Positions 48,080 through 62,377 of a stretch of DNA of 64,000 nucleotides are shown here, piece by piece (within the stretch, counting starts at the first letter, position 1; each line of letters begins with the position of its first letter). This stretch comes from Octopus sinensis. Its lineage: Eukaryota. The DNA lies in NCBI RefSeq assembly GCF_006345805.1, contig NW_021832417.1, positions 1 to 64,000 on the forward strand. The letters are read 5' to 3'. The position numbers and the translations under genes are program-made. A model generated the notes under the pieces. It did no database searches, was not told the DNA's origin, and saw only the letters and a program-made list of their open reading frames with translations.

Positions 48080-49200
48080 ACTGCTAGTAATAAACAAAGG
48101 ATGTTGGAAGTAAAGAATGCTGATTGTGGCCGACAGGTGGAAACCTGAAGTGAGAAACTGAATTGCTAATCATAGCTACTCAGGAACAAGCCATTAGAAT
48201 AAATTTGGTAATAGGAAAGCTTGATAAAACTCAGTCAGTGAGCAAACACAGAACCTGTAGGAAAGGAGATGAAAGTATTAACTATCTCTTAAGTGAATTC
48301 AATAAGCTAGCACATAAAGAGAATAAGCACAGGCATGACTTCAGTAATAAAAGAGTACATTGGGATGTTTGTCAGTTGTGAATTCACAGTGACAGAAAAG
48401 TGGTGTGAACACAAGACAGAGGCTGTGAATGGGAATAATAATTATTGGATTCTATGGGATTTCTTCCTAATGGCTGACTATAGTATTGAAACAAGAAGAC
48501 CATGCATGATTGAAGAGGACAACAGAAAAACAAAGCACACAAAAGGAAAAACAGTAAAAGATCATAGACTTTGCAGTGCCATAATATTATAGAGAGAATA
48601 CCAAAGAAATTGAGAAATATGAGGATCTAACCTGAGAGAAAAAAAGACTGGGGAAGACAAAGGTGACAATTATTCCTTTGGTAATTGGCACACTTGGTAC
48701 AGAACCCAAACTGCTACTTAAAAGATTGTAGAATATTGGAATTGAGACACACATTGTTGACCTACAGAAATGTGTCATCTTGTATGATGATGAGCCAAAG
48801 AGTGTCGTGAAAGTGACAGAGTTAAGAACCTTTGGGACTTCATGATCCAGTATGATTATAGAATTGAACACCAGAGATCTGATATTGAACTTGTAGACAA
48901 GGAAGCAAAATCATGCCTGTTAATAATTATTGCTTGCCCCCATGTTAGCAGAATCATTGACTAAGAAGAAGAAAAAACTGACACAAAATGAAGTTCTGAA
49001 GTGAGAAATAGAAAAACTAGGGTTAATGAAAAGAGTGTATACTTTTCCAATAATTGTTGGTGTCCTAGGTACAGTGATTAAAAAATAAAAAGTTGGTTGG
49101 AAATGTTAGCAATAAAAATGAAAATAGAATATATCCAGAAAACAGTGTTACTTGGTATTGCAAGGAGTCTCTGTAATGTGTTCAAAACTTGTAATAAAAG
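48080..49200 (+). mobile_element. Two consecutive R4/Dong C-terminal fragments (48080-48790 and 48790-49200)
   Basis: LIIATQEQAIRIN..CRKGDESINYLLSE..RHD..VHWD..ILWDF..ETRRP..KYEDL..IIPLVIGTLG; the second copy repeats LWDF..IEHQRSDIELVD..PIIVGVLG..IQKTVLLG. Confidence 0.8.
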
Positions 49201-49309
49201 TACCTCCTCCATTAATGGGAAGTAAACAACTAGTACAGTAATGACATCGTCAGCAAACAAGTTGAGAATGTTAGACATAGTAATGACAATAATAATAATA
49301 ATAACAATA

Positions 49310-49745
49310 GCAATCTTTTCTTATTTTGGTATGAGACCAGCGAATTTGAGGTAGGGAAGTCAATTACATCAACTCTCAGTGCTTGACTGGTCCTATTTTA
49401 TAAATCCTAAAAGGATGGAAGGCAAATTTGACCTTGGTGACATTTGAACTCAGAAAATAAAGACAGATGAAACACCACTAGCCATTTTGACCATTACGCT
49501 AACAAACCTGCCAGCTCACCACCTTAATAATAATAATAATAATAATAATCCATAGGCACAAGGCCTGAAATTATGTGGGAGGGAACTAGTTGATGACATC
49601 AACTCCAGTTTTTCACTGGTACTTAATTTATTGACCCTGAAAGGATGAAAGGCAAAGTTGACCTCGGTGGAATTTGAGCTCAGAGCGTAAGGACAGACAA
49701 AATGTTGCTAAGCATTCTAATGATTCTGCCAGCTCGCCACCCTAT
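49310..49745 (-). mobile_element. Two tandem Octopus-type SINEs separated by (AAT)n
   Basis: Both contain aaggatg(g/a)aaggcaaa(t/g)ttgacct(t/c)ggtg..atttga(a/g)ctcaga and end gccagctc(a/g)ccacc. Confidence 0.85.
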
Positions 49746-50245
49746 GAGGTCCTTATTGTGACTTGACAGACAGAACAAACACCCAGTAGACACAATATCT
49801 TCAATCAACAACATCATAATATTTGATACTGTGCAACTTCTTAAATAATAATTCTATTTTCTCACATTGGTGCAAGGTTACAGATTTATAGGGGAAGGCA
49901 TAGTCAATGAAACTAATTACTAGCTTAATGAAAGCTAGTACTTATTTTATTCATTCCAGAGAGGTGATAGACAAAGATATGCTAGAATTTAAACGAAATC
50001 AATATAGAGATGTGTCTAAAATACTTTAAGATACTCTCTGTGAATACCTCATGAATTGGAAAAAAAATGTTTTCTAACATAGTCACAATGTATGAAATTT
50101 GAGAGAGTGAGGCATAATTAATTATATTGATTCCAGATCTTGACTAGTACTTTATTTAATTGACAGTGTGTTGATCTTAGAACATAACCACATACCACAA
50201 AGCATTCTAATGATTCAGCCAACCACAGCCCCAATGGTAAAAAAA

Positions 50246-50283
<38 letters not shown>

Positions 50284-50949
50284 TTGTATAATAAATGATG
50301 CACTGCTGTATATTATTGAATACAAGGTTATGTTGTTCTTTAGACCATATCAACTCTGACTGAATCAGCTTATAATTAAAAACCTTTTGAATATAGCTAT
50401 TCTCTCTCATCTCTTGAGCATTGCATATCTAAGGCTACATTATACAATATATCCCCCACTTTTGAAGATAAAAGTGTGTAATCAGAGTGAGTTTGTCTGA
50501 TACTTCTATTTAGTTGAATGATCTTACAGAAAAACCTTCATTGGCTCAGTGAAGATTAAGTTTCCAGTTCAGGCTATGTTTGTGCTACACTCTAAGGAAT
50601 GTGGAGAAGATATGATACTGCAAACAATAAATGTCATCCTTTTCAACCAGAGAGAAAGGTAAGAGGCATGAACTCATTCAATGGTGTACAGAAGCTGCAT
50701 TGCAAACACAGTTTTAAGGTCACTTATAGTAAAGTTATGATGCAAATATTTCAAAGTATAAATATAGAAATAGTGTATTTTTAATTTAAATTTCATTTGA
50801 ATTAGTAGTATGACTATCAGTTTTGGTAATGTAGCATAAACATTCTTTTATCAATGAATCCTTCAATATAATCTTCTAAAGTTGTTTTATATATTCATCA
50901 ATGGACTGCCCTGACTTTACTCTTCATGGCAGGAGTTGAACTTAGCATT

Positions 50950-51492
50950 ACAAGCCAGCTTGTGAAGACCTGTTGAGGCAAGTGAAATCAAAATCGAAAT
51001 CAAATTCGATGACTGGCATCCGTGCTAGTGGAGCGCTAAGAGTATCACACAAGTGTGATCGTTACCAGAGCAACAAGCTGGCCTCCATGCCGATGGCATG
51101 TAAAAAAACACCATTCGAGCATGATCGTTACCTGCATCGCTTTACTGGCACTTGTGCTGGTAGCACGTGAAAAAACATTCGAGTGAGGTCGTTGACAGTG
51201 CCGCTGGACTGGCTCCTGTGCAAGTGGCACATAAAAAGCACCATTTGAGCATGGCCATTACCAGTACCATCTGACTGGCCCTTGTGCCAGTGGCAAGTAA
51301 AAGCACCCACTACACTCTCAGAGTGGTTGGTGTTAGGAAGGGCATCAAGCTGTAGAAACTCTACCAGATCAGATTGGAGTCTGGTGCAGCCATCTGGTTC
51401 GCCAGACCTCAGTCAAATCGTCCAACCCATGCTAGCATGGAAAGCAGACGTTAAACGATGATGACGACGATGATGATGATGATGATGATGAT
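50950..51492 (+). mobile_element. RTE 3' UTR copy with (GAT)n tail
   Basis: gaagacctgttgaggcaagtgaaatc..cactacactctcagagtggttgg..gtccaacccatgctagcatggaaagcagacgttaaacgatg is homologous to 36170-36697. Confidence 0.92.
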
Positions 51493-53511
51493 CCTGCCTA
51501 TTTCATTAGTGAAGTATAGCTCTCTATTGTAATTGCTTATAAGTATACAGTCTATGCCAGTAAAATTTAAGTGTTTTGGTAATGGAAAAAGTACAACAAT
51601 TGTGATGAAATATAAAATTGATAACCTTTCAGTGGTATGCTGTTATCTTATCAACTGAGCCTACTGTGGCTTCTCTCTATATATTTTTAACATACCATTT
51701 TTGTCAGTTGGTTTATAGGCATTAGGAATCTCAAACTAAAAGTTTTCTAGTGACAGCATTAGGTTCTTTTTTTTATTGAAATCCTTTATAAAAGTTAAGG
51801 ATTTCATTACAGATAACATAAGAAAAGTTTCAAGTAACAAACATCAGATGTGAAAGTAAAAATTAAGTAATATAATAAAAAAAACACATTTGTCAGATGA
51901 CAAAAATTTCGTTTCAAAATGTTCACACATTTTATAATAACAAACATAAAATGTTAATTTTAAAAAATATTTTAGTTTAGAGTATTCTTTAAATGAATGG
52001 TTTACTTCTTGAAAAAAAAAAGTAAAAAGAAGTGTTAACAAAAGAACAGTAAAAAAAATAAAGTAAAACAATTTGTTTAGTGACAAAAATTTTACTTTAA
52101 TAACTTTGTTAATATTAACTACCTGCAGCCTTAGCAAATAAAAGCAATTTCTAATTTTAAGTTGCAAAAATAATTTTTAATTTTTGGTTGAAATTGAAGT
52201 TATAAATTGTAAGACTTATATTTTCCCTCAGGTATTTTCATAATGTGGAATAAAAAGAGTCATTTTAAAATTATTTTCAGTTTGCTGTATCCATTGGTTA
52301 ATGTAAGCTATTGTAATAGGCAAGCAATAGACAAGCTGCAATAATCTTTTCCTAGAAGATATATTACTTATTTCTGGCAATTATGAAAATTGCTTTACTA
52401 ATTTTCATGATGATATTGTTGCAAGCTCTGCATTATTGTTGTGTTTGCTGGAGACCATTATTGCATATATGGTTATTGTAGGCTTTTCTACACTGAGTTA
52501 CCATTTTTGCAGGGTCGAGTTGTCATGAGAAAGATTGATGATTATTTTCATTAATTGAAAGTAAGATCAGGTTGACTGCATTCTAGTAGAGCAAAAGCAA
52601 ACTCACAAATGTTTAACAACAGATTTTATTGATAGAAAATTATGCATGTATCATATATAAATTATCATAGTCTCACTTGTTATCAGAACAGTATGTAGGA
52701 ATTGATTTAACTGTTTACTTAGCCCTTAATCATCTGGAAAAGTGAAAAACAAAAGATACAAGCTCACTGCAAATTATTATGGCTTGATGGTGAGAGAGCT
52801 GAGATCTGTCTTGCTTGAATGCCAACAGCTCTCTGCCATGATTTAGATGCCAAACTGCATAACTAGGGAAGAAGGACATTTGAGATGCTATTCCTGGCAT
52901 AGCTTCAAGCTGATTGGTTGATTTTAAGGTTGGGCGCATGAGCATGTTGTGGTTTACTCATGACCTTGAACTGATAATTTTGCAGTTGGGGTTTGAATCC
53001 TTACAACATTAAGCAGATATGAGATGAATACCACCTTAGATAGGAGCATAGAAGTATCAAATTCTTATATGTAAAATTTCCAGATCTGCTAACTGAAAAT
53101 GCAGCTATAGTAACCAGGCTGAATTAAGTATTCTATTCTGTAACATCATCAAGCACCTGTATAAATCTAAACTCAGAGTCCAAGATCCTGTAACATAAAT
53201 CACCTTCACAATTTCAACTGAACATGTTTTCCGTTGCCCAATTCCATATATATAATCAATTTTCAGTATTAGAAGGCAGTGTAAGTTAACAAAAATGATA
53301 AAATACCAGTCTAAATATATTACAGTAAAGAAAGTACAGAGGGTAAATGTGGAAAATTGGTAGTTATTAGAAGAGCATTAGATATAATGTCTTGTAGTAG
53401 TTGTTCCAATTCTCTATGTTCTGTGTTAAAATTCTGTAAAAATCAATTTTGTCATTCATCCTTCTAGAGTCACTAAAAGTATTAATCAAGTTCTTACTGC
53501 AGTTCACCCTC

Positions 53512-53544
<33 letters not shown>

Positions 53545-54602
53545 GAATTGGCCTTATTGTGTTATGAAAAGGGTCTTGTGAAACTACACACAGAAATGGA
53601 GTAGGTTGAGTGAGGGGCTAACCAATCCTATCAATGGAAAATTGATATGTTACTGAAACTGCCTGGTACAGCATGAAACAGATATAAAAAGAAATAACAA
53701 AGAAGTGATTAGGAAAAAGTAAACCCTGAATAATATTTTAACCAACTGGAGAGAGATGGCACCTCAAAATATTTATATTTATGTTACTAAGTTGACTGAA
53801 TGAAGTGCCTCTTGATCATTAAAACTGAAAATAATAGAGTAAAGAGAAGAATAGGATTTAGATTTATCTTTCTCTCTTCTGAGATTGACTTTAACCTTTA
53901 TTCCATCAGTGTCTATAATGTACTGTACATGACAGCTCATAAGATGATATTTGAAGCTATAATGAATTGTTGCAATGAAGGGTCAATTTATATTCTGGAT
54001 ATAAAATTGAAATTATTATAATTATTGATAGATAACATCATCAAATGCTGGTCTAGAGTCTGTGGTAAGGAATAAGAGTTGGGTTGGGTGGAGTGACTTT
54101 AAGCACAGCATATGCATAAGTTCATTCTTGAGAAACCTTACTGGTATAATTACATGAATTACAATACATGAAACTGATGAGTAATATATTTTTTTATTTG
54201 TCTTAGCTATCATGGCTAAGGTCAGGCTGTAGAACTGCCTTCAACATGGAATAAACAATATTCATGATTATCTTACATAGAAAGATATTGATCCTGAATT
54301 TTCGTTTAAGAAATTTATTATTGCTGTTGTATTTCTCACAAGGTTTACCCTCCTTTAGAAGATTTATGATTGAAAGCATTGCAGCAGTGACTACTGCCTT
54401 TTTGACCTCACATAATTTACCTAAGACTATGTTATCCAATATATTCTTCTATTTTTAAAATAGCAGGATGTGAGTTGAAGGATATTTGACTGCTATTTAT
54501 AACAATTGAGCAACCATGTTGAGGTTCTTATTTCGAGTCAGGAAATTTTCTGATATTTTATGCGATGAGTGCAACACAAAATAAGCTGTCTGAGAGTAGA
54601 TA

Positions 54603-56817
54603 TTTACTCTTCACTCTGTTTTTGGAATGTGTGATATAATTGTTCACTTGACAAAAACAAAGACAAAATATTTTTTCCTTTAATGAATTGTAACATCAAT
54701 AACCCAAAACAATGTGCAAGCATGTACACAATCTGAATCAATCACTTATGATTGACAGCTAAATACCAGGCTATTATTACGGTAAGTACCTGCAACACAT
54801 TGACCTCTGTTATACCTTTCTATAACCTTCTTATATATAAGTGTGTGAGTATGTGTGTATGTATGTCTTTTCTTTGAGTATTATATAAGTTTGTCTTAAG
54901 AGGGTTCAACCTGTTCGCTAACAAGTAACAAGACTTTTTGATTTAAGAGAGTTTCCAGTGTTTGTAAATATGTGTTTGAGTTGGCGTGTTGATTGAGCTG
55001 CCAAATTACACAACCAAGTGTGTGCATCTATTCATCTGAAGAATCTCAGGTAAAGAATCTTTGGGATGGCTTACAAATCTTCCTGGTGCCACTAGTAGAT
55101 AGGATTTGGAGAATCCACATCAGTCTCTTTTACTCTTTCTTTTAAAAATCTAGTATTTCTAGTTTTTTTGTGTAAATCTGTAGTATGTATGAATGTACGT
55201 ATGCATGCATTTATAAAATTGTTTACTCAAAACAAATTAATCTTTGTGTTAATTTTGTTTTAGATTTTGTATCAGATTTTGCCTGGTTTATTATAGCATA
55301 ACTGGCTTTTGTTTATAACAACATAAATCTTTAAGGAAAGCAAAATATAAAGTTTATAAGAACACTATAAATTGAACAAGTAAAAATAAAGAAAACTTGA
55401 GCAGAAAAAGTTAATAAAACACAGTATGGGGTGTGGTTATTAAAACTACTTTGGTTATTATAGACCTTACAGTATCTTATACACAATATTTTCACAATAA
55501 AGAGATTTTCTGCTGGAATCTGTCTACTTTTATGATGTTGCTCACTGCTGATTTTGTTATGGAAAAATATGTAATATAGGAGAAAATTTGCATTGTCCAG
55601 TATAAATTGTATTATTTATGAGAACAAACTGCATCACCATTACTATCACTGTCATCATCATCATTGTTATCATTATCATCATCATTGGCATCACCACAAC
55701 TGTCAATACTGTCATCACCATCATCACCTCCTTCATCATCTCCATCATCTCCATCATCATCTCCATCATCATCTCCATCATCATCATCATCTCCTTCATC
55801 ATCATTCATTTTTGTCATAGTAATCAACATCATCATCATTGTAATCAACTTCATCATCACGGTAATCCTTATTGATGTTTCATCCCTATCATCACAATTT
55901 TCACTACCTGTCATCAAAATGATCAGCATGACTAACATCAACATTGTAATAACTATCTATATTACAATCAGCTTCCATCACCACGAATATCAGTTAAAAG
56001 TGGACTATTATTAATTATGCACAGATTTGCTTAATCAGGGATGACCAGTGGCTGACTGGGAGCTAAACAACAACAGCCATGAATGTTACTAAAATATAAT
56101 TTTCAAGAATGGTTGAATTGATCTAGGAAGTTTTGAAGCAATTGAATAATTATGTTCATCAATAGACTTCTTATTTTATTCACTGCCTCTGTTCCCCAAC
56201 TTCAAAATCCCAGGTAGATTAATACATACATATCTAGAGTATCTAGAGCATGAAAAAGCCACTTCCTCCCTATTCCAATGAAATTCATGTTGATACCAAC
56301 TGTACAATCTCAGATAGAAAGGAAGAGATTTGGATCTAAACATGTCTTTTTAAATAGAAATGATTTTAACAATGAATCAAGTCTTTTCAATAAAATGTTT
56401 AATTGTTTATTGACATCCATTGTGCTAAATATTTCTACGCCTTCTTTGTTTACACTTAATTTCAAGCATCATCAGTTAAGAAAATATTTTAGCATTTCAT
56501 TATATAGAATGAAGTACAAGTACATACAATGAATGACAAAGAATTTGAGAAGCAATCACATATCACCAAAGTCTTAGAATCTATAAATTACAACTAGAAT
56601 ACTCTTTTCTTGGTGATGTTGATTTTTTAAATTATGGTCATTTTGTTTACTCTTCATTCTACTTTTGGAATTGACATATGATATAATTGTTCACTTGACA
56701 AAAACAACGATGAAATATTTCTGCATTAAATGAATTGTTGCATGAACGTTCAATAACCCAAAACAATGTGCTAGAATGTACACTACCTGAATCAAGGACT
56801 TATGATTGATAGCTAAA
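54603..56817 (+). repeat. Dispersed direct repeat of ~160-170 bp (54603-54763 and 56646-56817)
   Basis: Shared blocks gatataattgttcacttgacaaaaacaa, tcaataacccaaaacaatgtgc, tgtacac..ctgaatcaa and cttatgattga.agctaaa. Confidence 0.9.
55620..55985. repeat. Degenerate (CAT)n triplet repeat
   Basis: Directly visible; source of the poly-M/H/I/D/S pseudo-ORFs. Confidence 0.95.
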
Positions 56818-58484
56818 GAACTTTAGCCAAATACTTCTTATCCACTTTTATTGGGTTTCCATCAGGGCTGGTGTCATGCATATTCACCCTTGATACTGGA
56901 GGAAAAATATGATCAAATTGAGGCTACATCAATTGAATTTTATATTCTTAATTTAAGAACTTTTAGTTTGTCAGCTTTCCCTCCTTCCTTTCTTTCTTTT
57001 ACTGAGACCACAGCATCTCTCTTAATTTCCTTTTTAAGTACTCATCTTTGTTAATTATTAAGCATATTCTCAGAAAATGATCACCTGGTCACTAAGTACT
57101 TTCTGTGCTGGGACTGACGAAATAAATGTCTAATAGCTAAATTTATAATATGACTACTTACAAATTATAATCACCAACTTTATTCCCAACTTTTCTGATT
57201 CACTTTATGAAAATTTCCACTATATCTTTGCCAAAATAACACCTAAAGGTTCTCCAAATTATAAGTAATGAAATGTTGACCATTCTCTGCTTATCAGTAG
57301 TCTTTTTGGGATAAGAATTATTAGTCTTAATTGATGTGAAAAGGCACATAATAATGGAGTCATTCATGTTTAGCTTTCATTGCTTCTACTACCAAGAGAG
57401 AAAGAAAAGGTCTTTTCTGGTCTCATTTTTTTTGTTTACTTCTAAAGTTTTTTATCTTCAGTTCTTCCATGGGCATTAGGACTGATGACGTTAATGTTTA
57501 CTCCACTGATTTTACCATCTACTGCTCATGGTGATAATAATTCTTAACATCTAACACTGTAAGAATAATTTCTCTCATTCCAACTGTTTTAAATTTAGGT
57601 ACAAAAGCCAGCGATTTTGTGAGGAGGTGATTAGTTAATTATATCAACCTCTGTACTTGTTTGATACCTAACTTTATTGCCTCCAGAGACATAAAAGAGT
57701 AAGTTGACCTTAGCATAGTTTGAACCCAGAAGTATAGAGTCAGATATTTTTCCAATGCTCTGACAATTCTAGTAGTCTACTACCCTTTTCTTTATAATCA
57801 TGATAGTAAATAACTATTAATAATGTAGGTACATGGCCAGTAGCAGCTTGAGAACAAAGAGCTTGTTAATTATGACTCTAATATTTGACTTTATTTCAAA
57901 GACCCTTATAGAATGAAATACAACATTGTCCTCAATGTTGTTTGAACACAAAATGTAAAGAGCCGAATCTTTAACATAAGCATATGGCCTGATATTTTTA
58001 GAGACAGAAATAGTTAGTTGACTTCGGTAAATGACTGGCACTTTATCAACTCTCAAAGGATGGAATGTACAGTAGATATCGATGGGATTTGAATTCAGAA
58101 TGTAAAGGGATATAACTGTAACTAAATTTAGTACGACATTTTTTTGTCCACCATTCTACTAATTTTTCCATCCAAAAGTAATTATTTTGTGAAGAAGAAT
58201 ATTTTTCTTTGTGTGGCTTTAATTTCTGATCTGTAATGGTCATACACGAGTTAAAAGCTCATTGTGATCTTAACCCTATTCTTTGAAGTCTTTGCCCTTT
58301 TGACAGTTATCTTTTATTTGGTGGTATCTATCCAGAAGAGATTGCAAGAACATAGATCAGCTATTTTCAAAGTACACACTTTTGAGAAAACAATGAGTGT
58401 GTCAGAGAAAAGGAAGAAGAGAGAGACAGAGAAAAGTAGAAAAGAATGATAAAATTGTGGTGGTAGATATAGAATAGAACAATA

Positions 58485-58571
58485 CATACATACCTACCTA
58501 CCTACATACCTACAAACATACATACACATACATTTATACATATATATACATGCACACAGACATATATATAT

Positions 58572-58659
<88 letters not shown>

Positions 58660-58712
58660 ATACATACATGCACACATGTATATACAGATATGTATATGTA
58701 TGTATGTATATC
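58485..58712. repeat. Compound TA/TG/CCTA microsatellite
   Basis: Directly visible. Confidence 0.95.
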
Positions 58713-59312
58713 TTTTATGCGCTTTCTCATTCTGCATCTATCTTTTCTTCCTTATCATTCTTTTCTATCTTAATATCATTGTTATTTGCGTCTGTAAATC
58801 AATCACCTAATTATTATTTTATACAATCGTTTTGCATGATGTGTCTTATTCTTGCACCAATATTTCTGTCTTCCTTCTTTCTTTTCTTTACAGAAATGTA
58901 ACTTTTGACTGAGATAAGAACGGAGGGAAAATGCTACCAACATAGTGAAACAGAGAATAAGTACAAGGGAAGAAAAATAATTCAATAATTCACATGACTG
59001 AAGCAACTCTTGACTAATTGATTTAAAGAACTGAGCAGTTGTTACTGAGCATCTCACTATACAGCAGAACATCTATGTTATTGGAAGCGACAGGCTTGTC
59101 AAAGCTGCTAATGTACTGATATGAACATAATACATGCTGTAAGACTGATAAGGAATGAACAGGAGCAAAAGACAAACTAAATTAAGCAAATCTCGCAGTA
59201 ATTTTTAAAACATAGTACATCTTGTTTGTTGGAGCAGACGTTTTATTTTACTGTGCTTAATCAACAGCAAATATAACATTGCAAATAGATGGTTTCTGAA
59301 TTACATGGTCTC

Positions 59313-59344
<32 letters not shown>

Positions 59345-59517
59345 GCATTTCTGCTGTTTTTGTTGTTACTATCATCATCATCATCCTTGTCATCATCATC
59401 ATATAAGCTGCAATTTGTTTTATTTTTTTCATTTGATGATAGAATGACTTTCAAATTAGAATTTCTACTGGAGTGAATAACTTTTCTCACAGATCATTCA
59501 AGAAAACAGAAATTCAC

Positions 59518-59623
59518 GCACACATGCATGCACATACACACACACACACAAATGCGCACACACATGCGCACACACCATATATACCTACCCAAATATATGT
59601 ATATATATATATATATATAAATA

Positions 59624-59669
<46 letters not shown>

Positions 59670-59800
59670 TATATACACAGACACATACATATGTGTGTGC
59701 ATGTATGTATATATATATTTATATATATATATGTAGATATACATACATATATGTGTACATACATACATGCATACATACATATTTATATACATACATCACT
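59518..59800. repeat. Compound TA/CA microsatellite
   Basis: Directly visible. Confidence 0.95.
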
Positions 59801-60261
59801 CATACATATTATATATGATTGTAAAAGAAACAAAATATTTTATTATTCATGAAAACATTTAATTTTATGTTTTTCTTTCGTCTAAAGCTTTTTATAAGTA
59901 TTTCAAAATGTTTCCAAATATATTTCATATCATTTTTTTATAATGATTTTAACATCCTTTTATTTGTATTAACATTGGTTGAAATACACTGTTTTCAATT
60001 CTGAATTTTTTTTTTTTTAGTTTAGATAAGATGCGGAAGGGAATTTGAATATTTACAGATGAATTGTTAAAATAATTGATTTCATAGTTGAAATGCCTGA
60101 TCCTTTCTTCTTCTAATTACAGAACTTTGTGGTAGATATGCCTCCTGGCTTAATTAACTGCTCATAGCAATTCCACTTTACATTCACAATGCTTAGGTTT
60201 CTTCATTACGGACAGAAACTGTTTCTTTGAGTAGTTTCCATTCTTTCATTTACTATTTACT

Positions 60262-60655
60262 CTCTTCTTTTACTTGTTTCAGTCATTTGACTACGGCCAT
60301 GCTGGAGCACCACATTTAGTTGAGAAAATCACCCCCAGGACTTATTCTTTGTAAGCCTAGTGCTTATTTTTCGGTCTCTTTGCCAAACCATTAAGTTATG
60401 GGGACGTAAACACACCAGCATTGGTTGTCAAGTTATGTTGGGGAGGGCAAACACAAATACACACATACACACATATATACACATACATATATACGATGGG
60501 CTTCTTTCAGTTTCCGTCTACCAAATCCACTCACAAGGCTTTGGTCGGCCCAAGGCTATAGGAGAAGACACTGGCCAAGGTACCATGCAGTGGAACTGAA
60601 CCCAGAACCATGTGGTTGGTAAGCAAGCTACTTACCACACAGCCACTCCTTCACC
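60262..60655 (-). mobile_element. Full-length OK-type SINE
   Basis: Head gagtggctgtgtggtaagtagcttgcttaccaaccacatggttctgggttcagttcc; tail ccagcatggccgtagtcaaatgactgaaacaagtaaaaga. Confidence 0.93.
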
Positions 60656-62377
60656 TATTTGTTCATATAACATTATATATGTTATATGTTGTTGGGTAAT
60701 CACTGAAGACTTCATAATTATATACTATATGAAAGAAAACCAGTCCAATACCTTTTAGGTTGTTTACTTTAAGTAGAAATTGGGGAACTAAAAAAGCTCA
60801 GATCAAGAATTTTATCTACATTACTATTTCAGCAAATTGGGAGCTTACTGCCACTTTCTGGTGTTTACATTCTAATACTTTACAAATATTTTACAGATCC
60901 CAAACTTGTGTACATTCTATACATCTACACTTTGTACATCATGTCTGGACAGAAGGAATAGCTGTCCACTTGAAAAGTATTTTTTCACTCATATCATCTA
61001 ACATTTAAACTACCTTATCTAGTGTTCAAATGAGTGTTGTCATTGTCTAATATAATGGAATATTTTTCCAGAAATGCTGACTATGCTACCTTTATCTAAA
61101 CTCACTCAACTAACTGGTATTTCCATTTTACATGTCTTTCCTCTCTATAATTCTTCATGGTTGCTTACTAATATCATGCTAAATATTTGTCCTGTTTTTT
61201 CTCATATTTACTTACTGCTTGCAAATTTCCCTTCTGTCCTTAATCAGAACATCCTATCCAAAATAATGTGCTTTTACTTTCCAGCATCTAATTCTTGACT
61301 GCTAATCTCTAACAGATATTATCTGTTTCTCAGTTCAACACCACCACTTTGTATTTGGCTGCCTTTAGGAGAGTCTACTCTGTTGCTGGGATCAGGCACT
61401 AACTTTTTCCCTTCCTCGCATCAGTTACAAAGCACCTGAAAAAAATCAATGGGTGTTGCTTTTCTTCCTTTACCAAAGCCCTTAAAAAATTACATCTTCA
61501 CCACCTAATCTTTAATCTGTAACAAGGCAAATTGAATGAAACATTATTCTTCAAAGTTATCACGCTTCATTTTATTGTGCTCTATTATTTCCTGCCACAA
61601 AAGTCATTAAACTAATGATAATTGCTATTTTCCTTGGCACCTAGCCAATGACAGACAAATATATTTCAGTTAACTCACCTATGGGTAAAAATGAATTTAG
61701 CATCAATAACAAAAGACTTATTAGATAATTTTACATTACTGTGTAATAATTTTACAGCAGAGTTTATTTACAGTTATGTAGACAAATATTAAATATTTTG
61801 GGCTTAGATTTAGCATAGTACCAGTGACTGAAAATGAAATCAGCCATCCCACTTTCATACTGAATTTTAAAAATATGAAAACAAATGTGAGCCAAAGACT
61901 TAATTACCCAATGGTTTAAAGAAAATCATTGATAGGTAATTCTTTAGAAATATGCATTCTCAGACAATTTGATACATTTCCCACACATTGAACTGAAGCA
62001 ATACAGAGTACAGAATTCTGCTTTGATAAAGAAAAGAAATCTTGCAGTGGATTCAATCACATGACTGATAAATTAATATCTTATTCACTTGGCAATCTGA
62101 CATTCACAATTGAATCTACATTAACACAAGATTTCTGTGAAGAATCCTTTTAATCATTTAAAACTCTGACAAGGTGACTCAAGACATTTGCTACAACAGA
62201 TCTGATGTGACTCATATTAAAAGTCAAAAAATCATCATTAATTTAACCATTTCATGATTCTAGTTGCTCATCACATGTCTCTCATTAAATATGAATCTAA
62301 AAATACAAATCCTAATGCAGTAAAACTAAATATGTTTCCATGTATAAAATTTATTCATTCTTTGTTGTAATGTATTA

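Noticed and set aside
55030-55070. CUGAAGA followed by gaat..gatgg
   Set aside because: No GAAA box and no stem II.
55557-56014. Poly-Met/His/Asp/Ile/Ser ORFs in all frames
   Set aside because: Products of a degenerate (CAT)n repeat, with no splice or codon evidence.
58860-58930. Strong acceptor-like polypyrimidine tract ending tttacag
   Set aside because: All three downstream frames stop within about 20 nt; a UTR exon cannot be excluded without RNA data.
60703-60745. CUGAAGA C UUCAUA..UAUGAA A GAAA hammerhead-like core
   Set aside because: No stem III and no stem I pairing; the AT-only stem II is plausibly chance.
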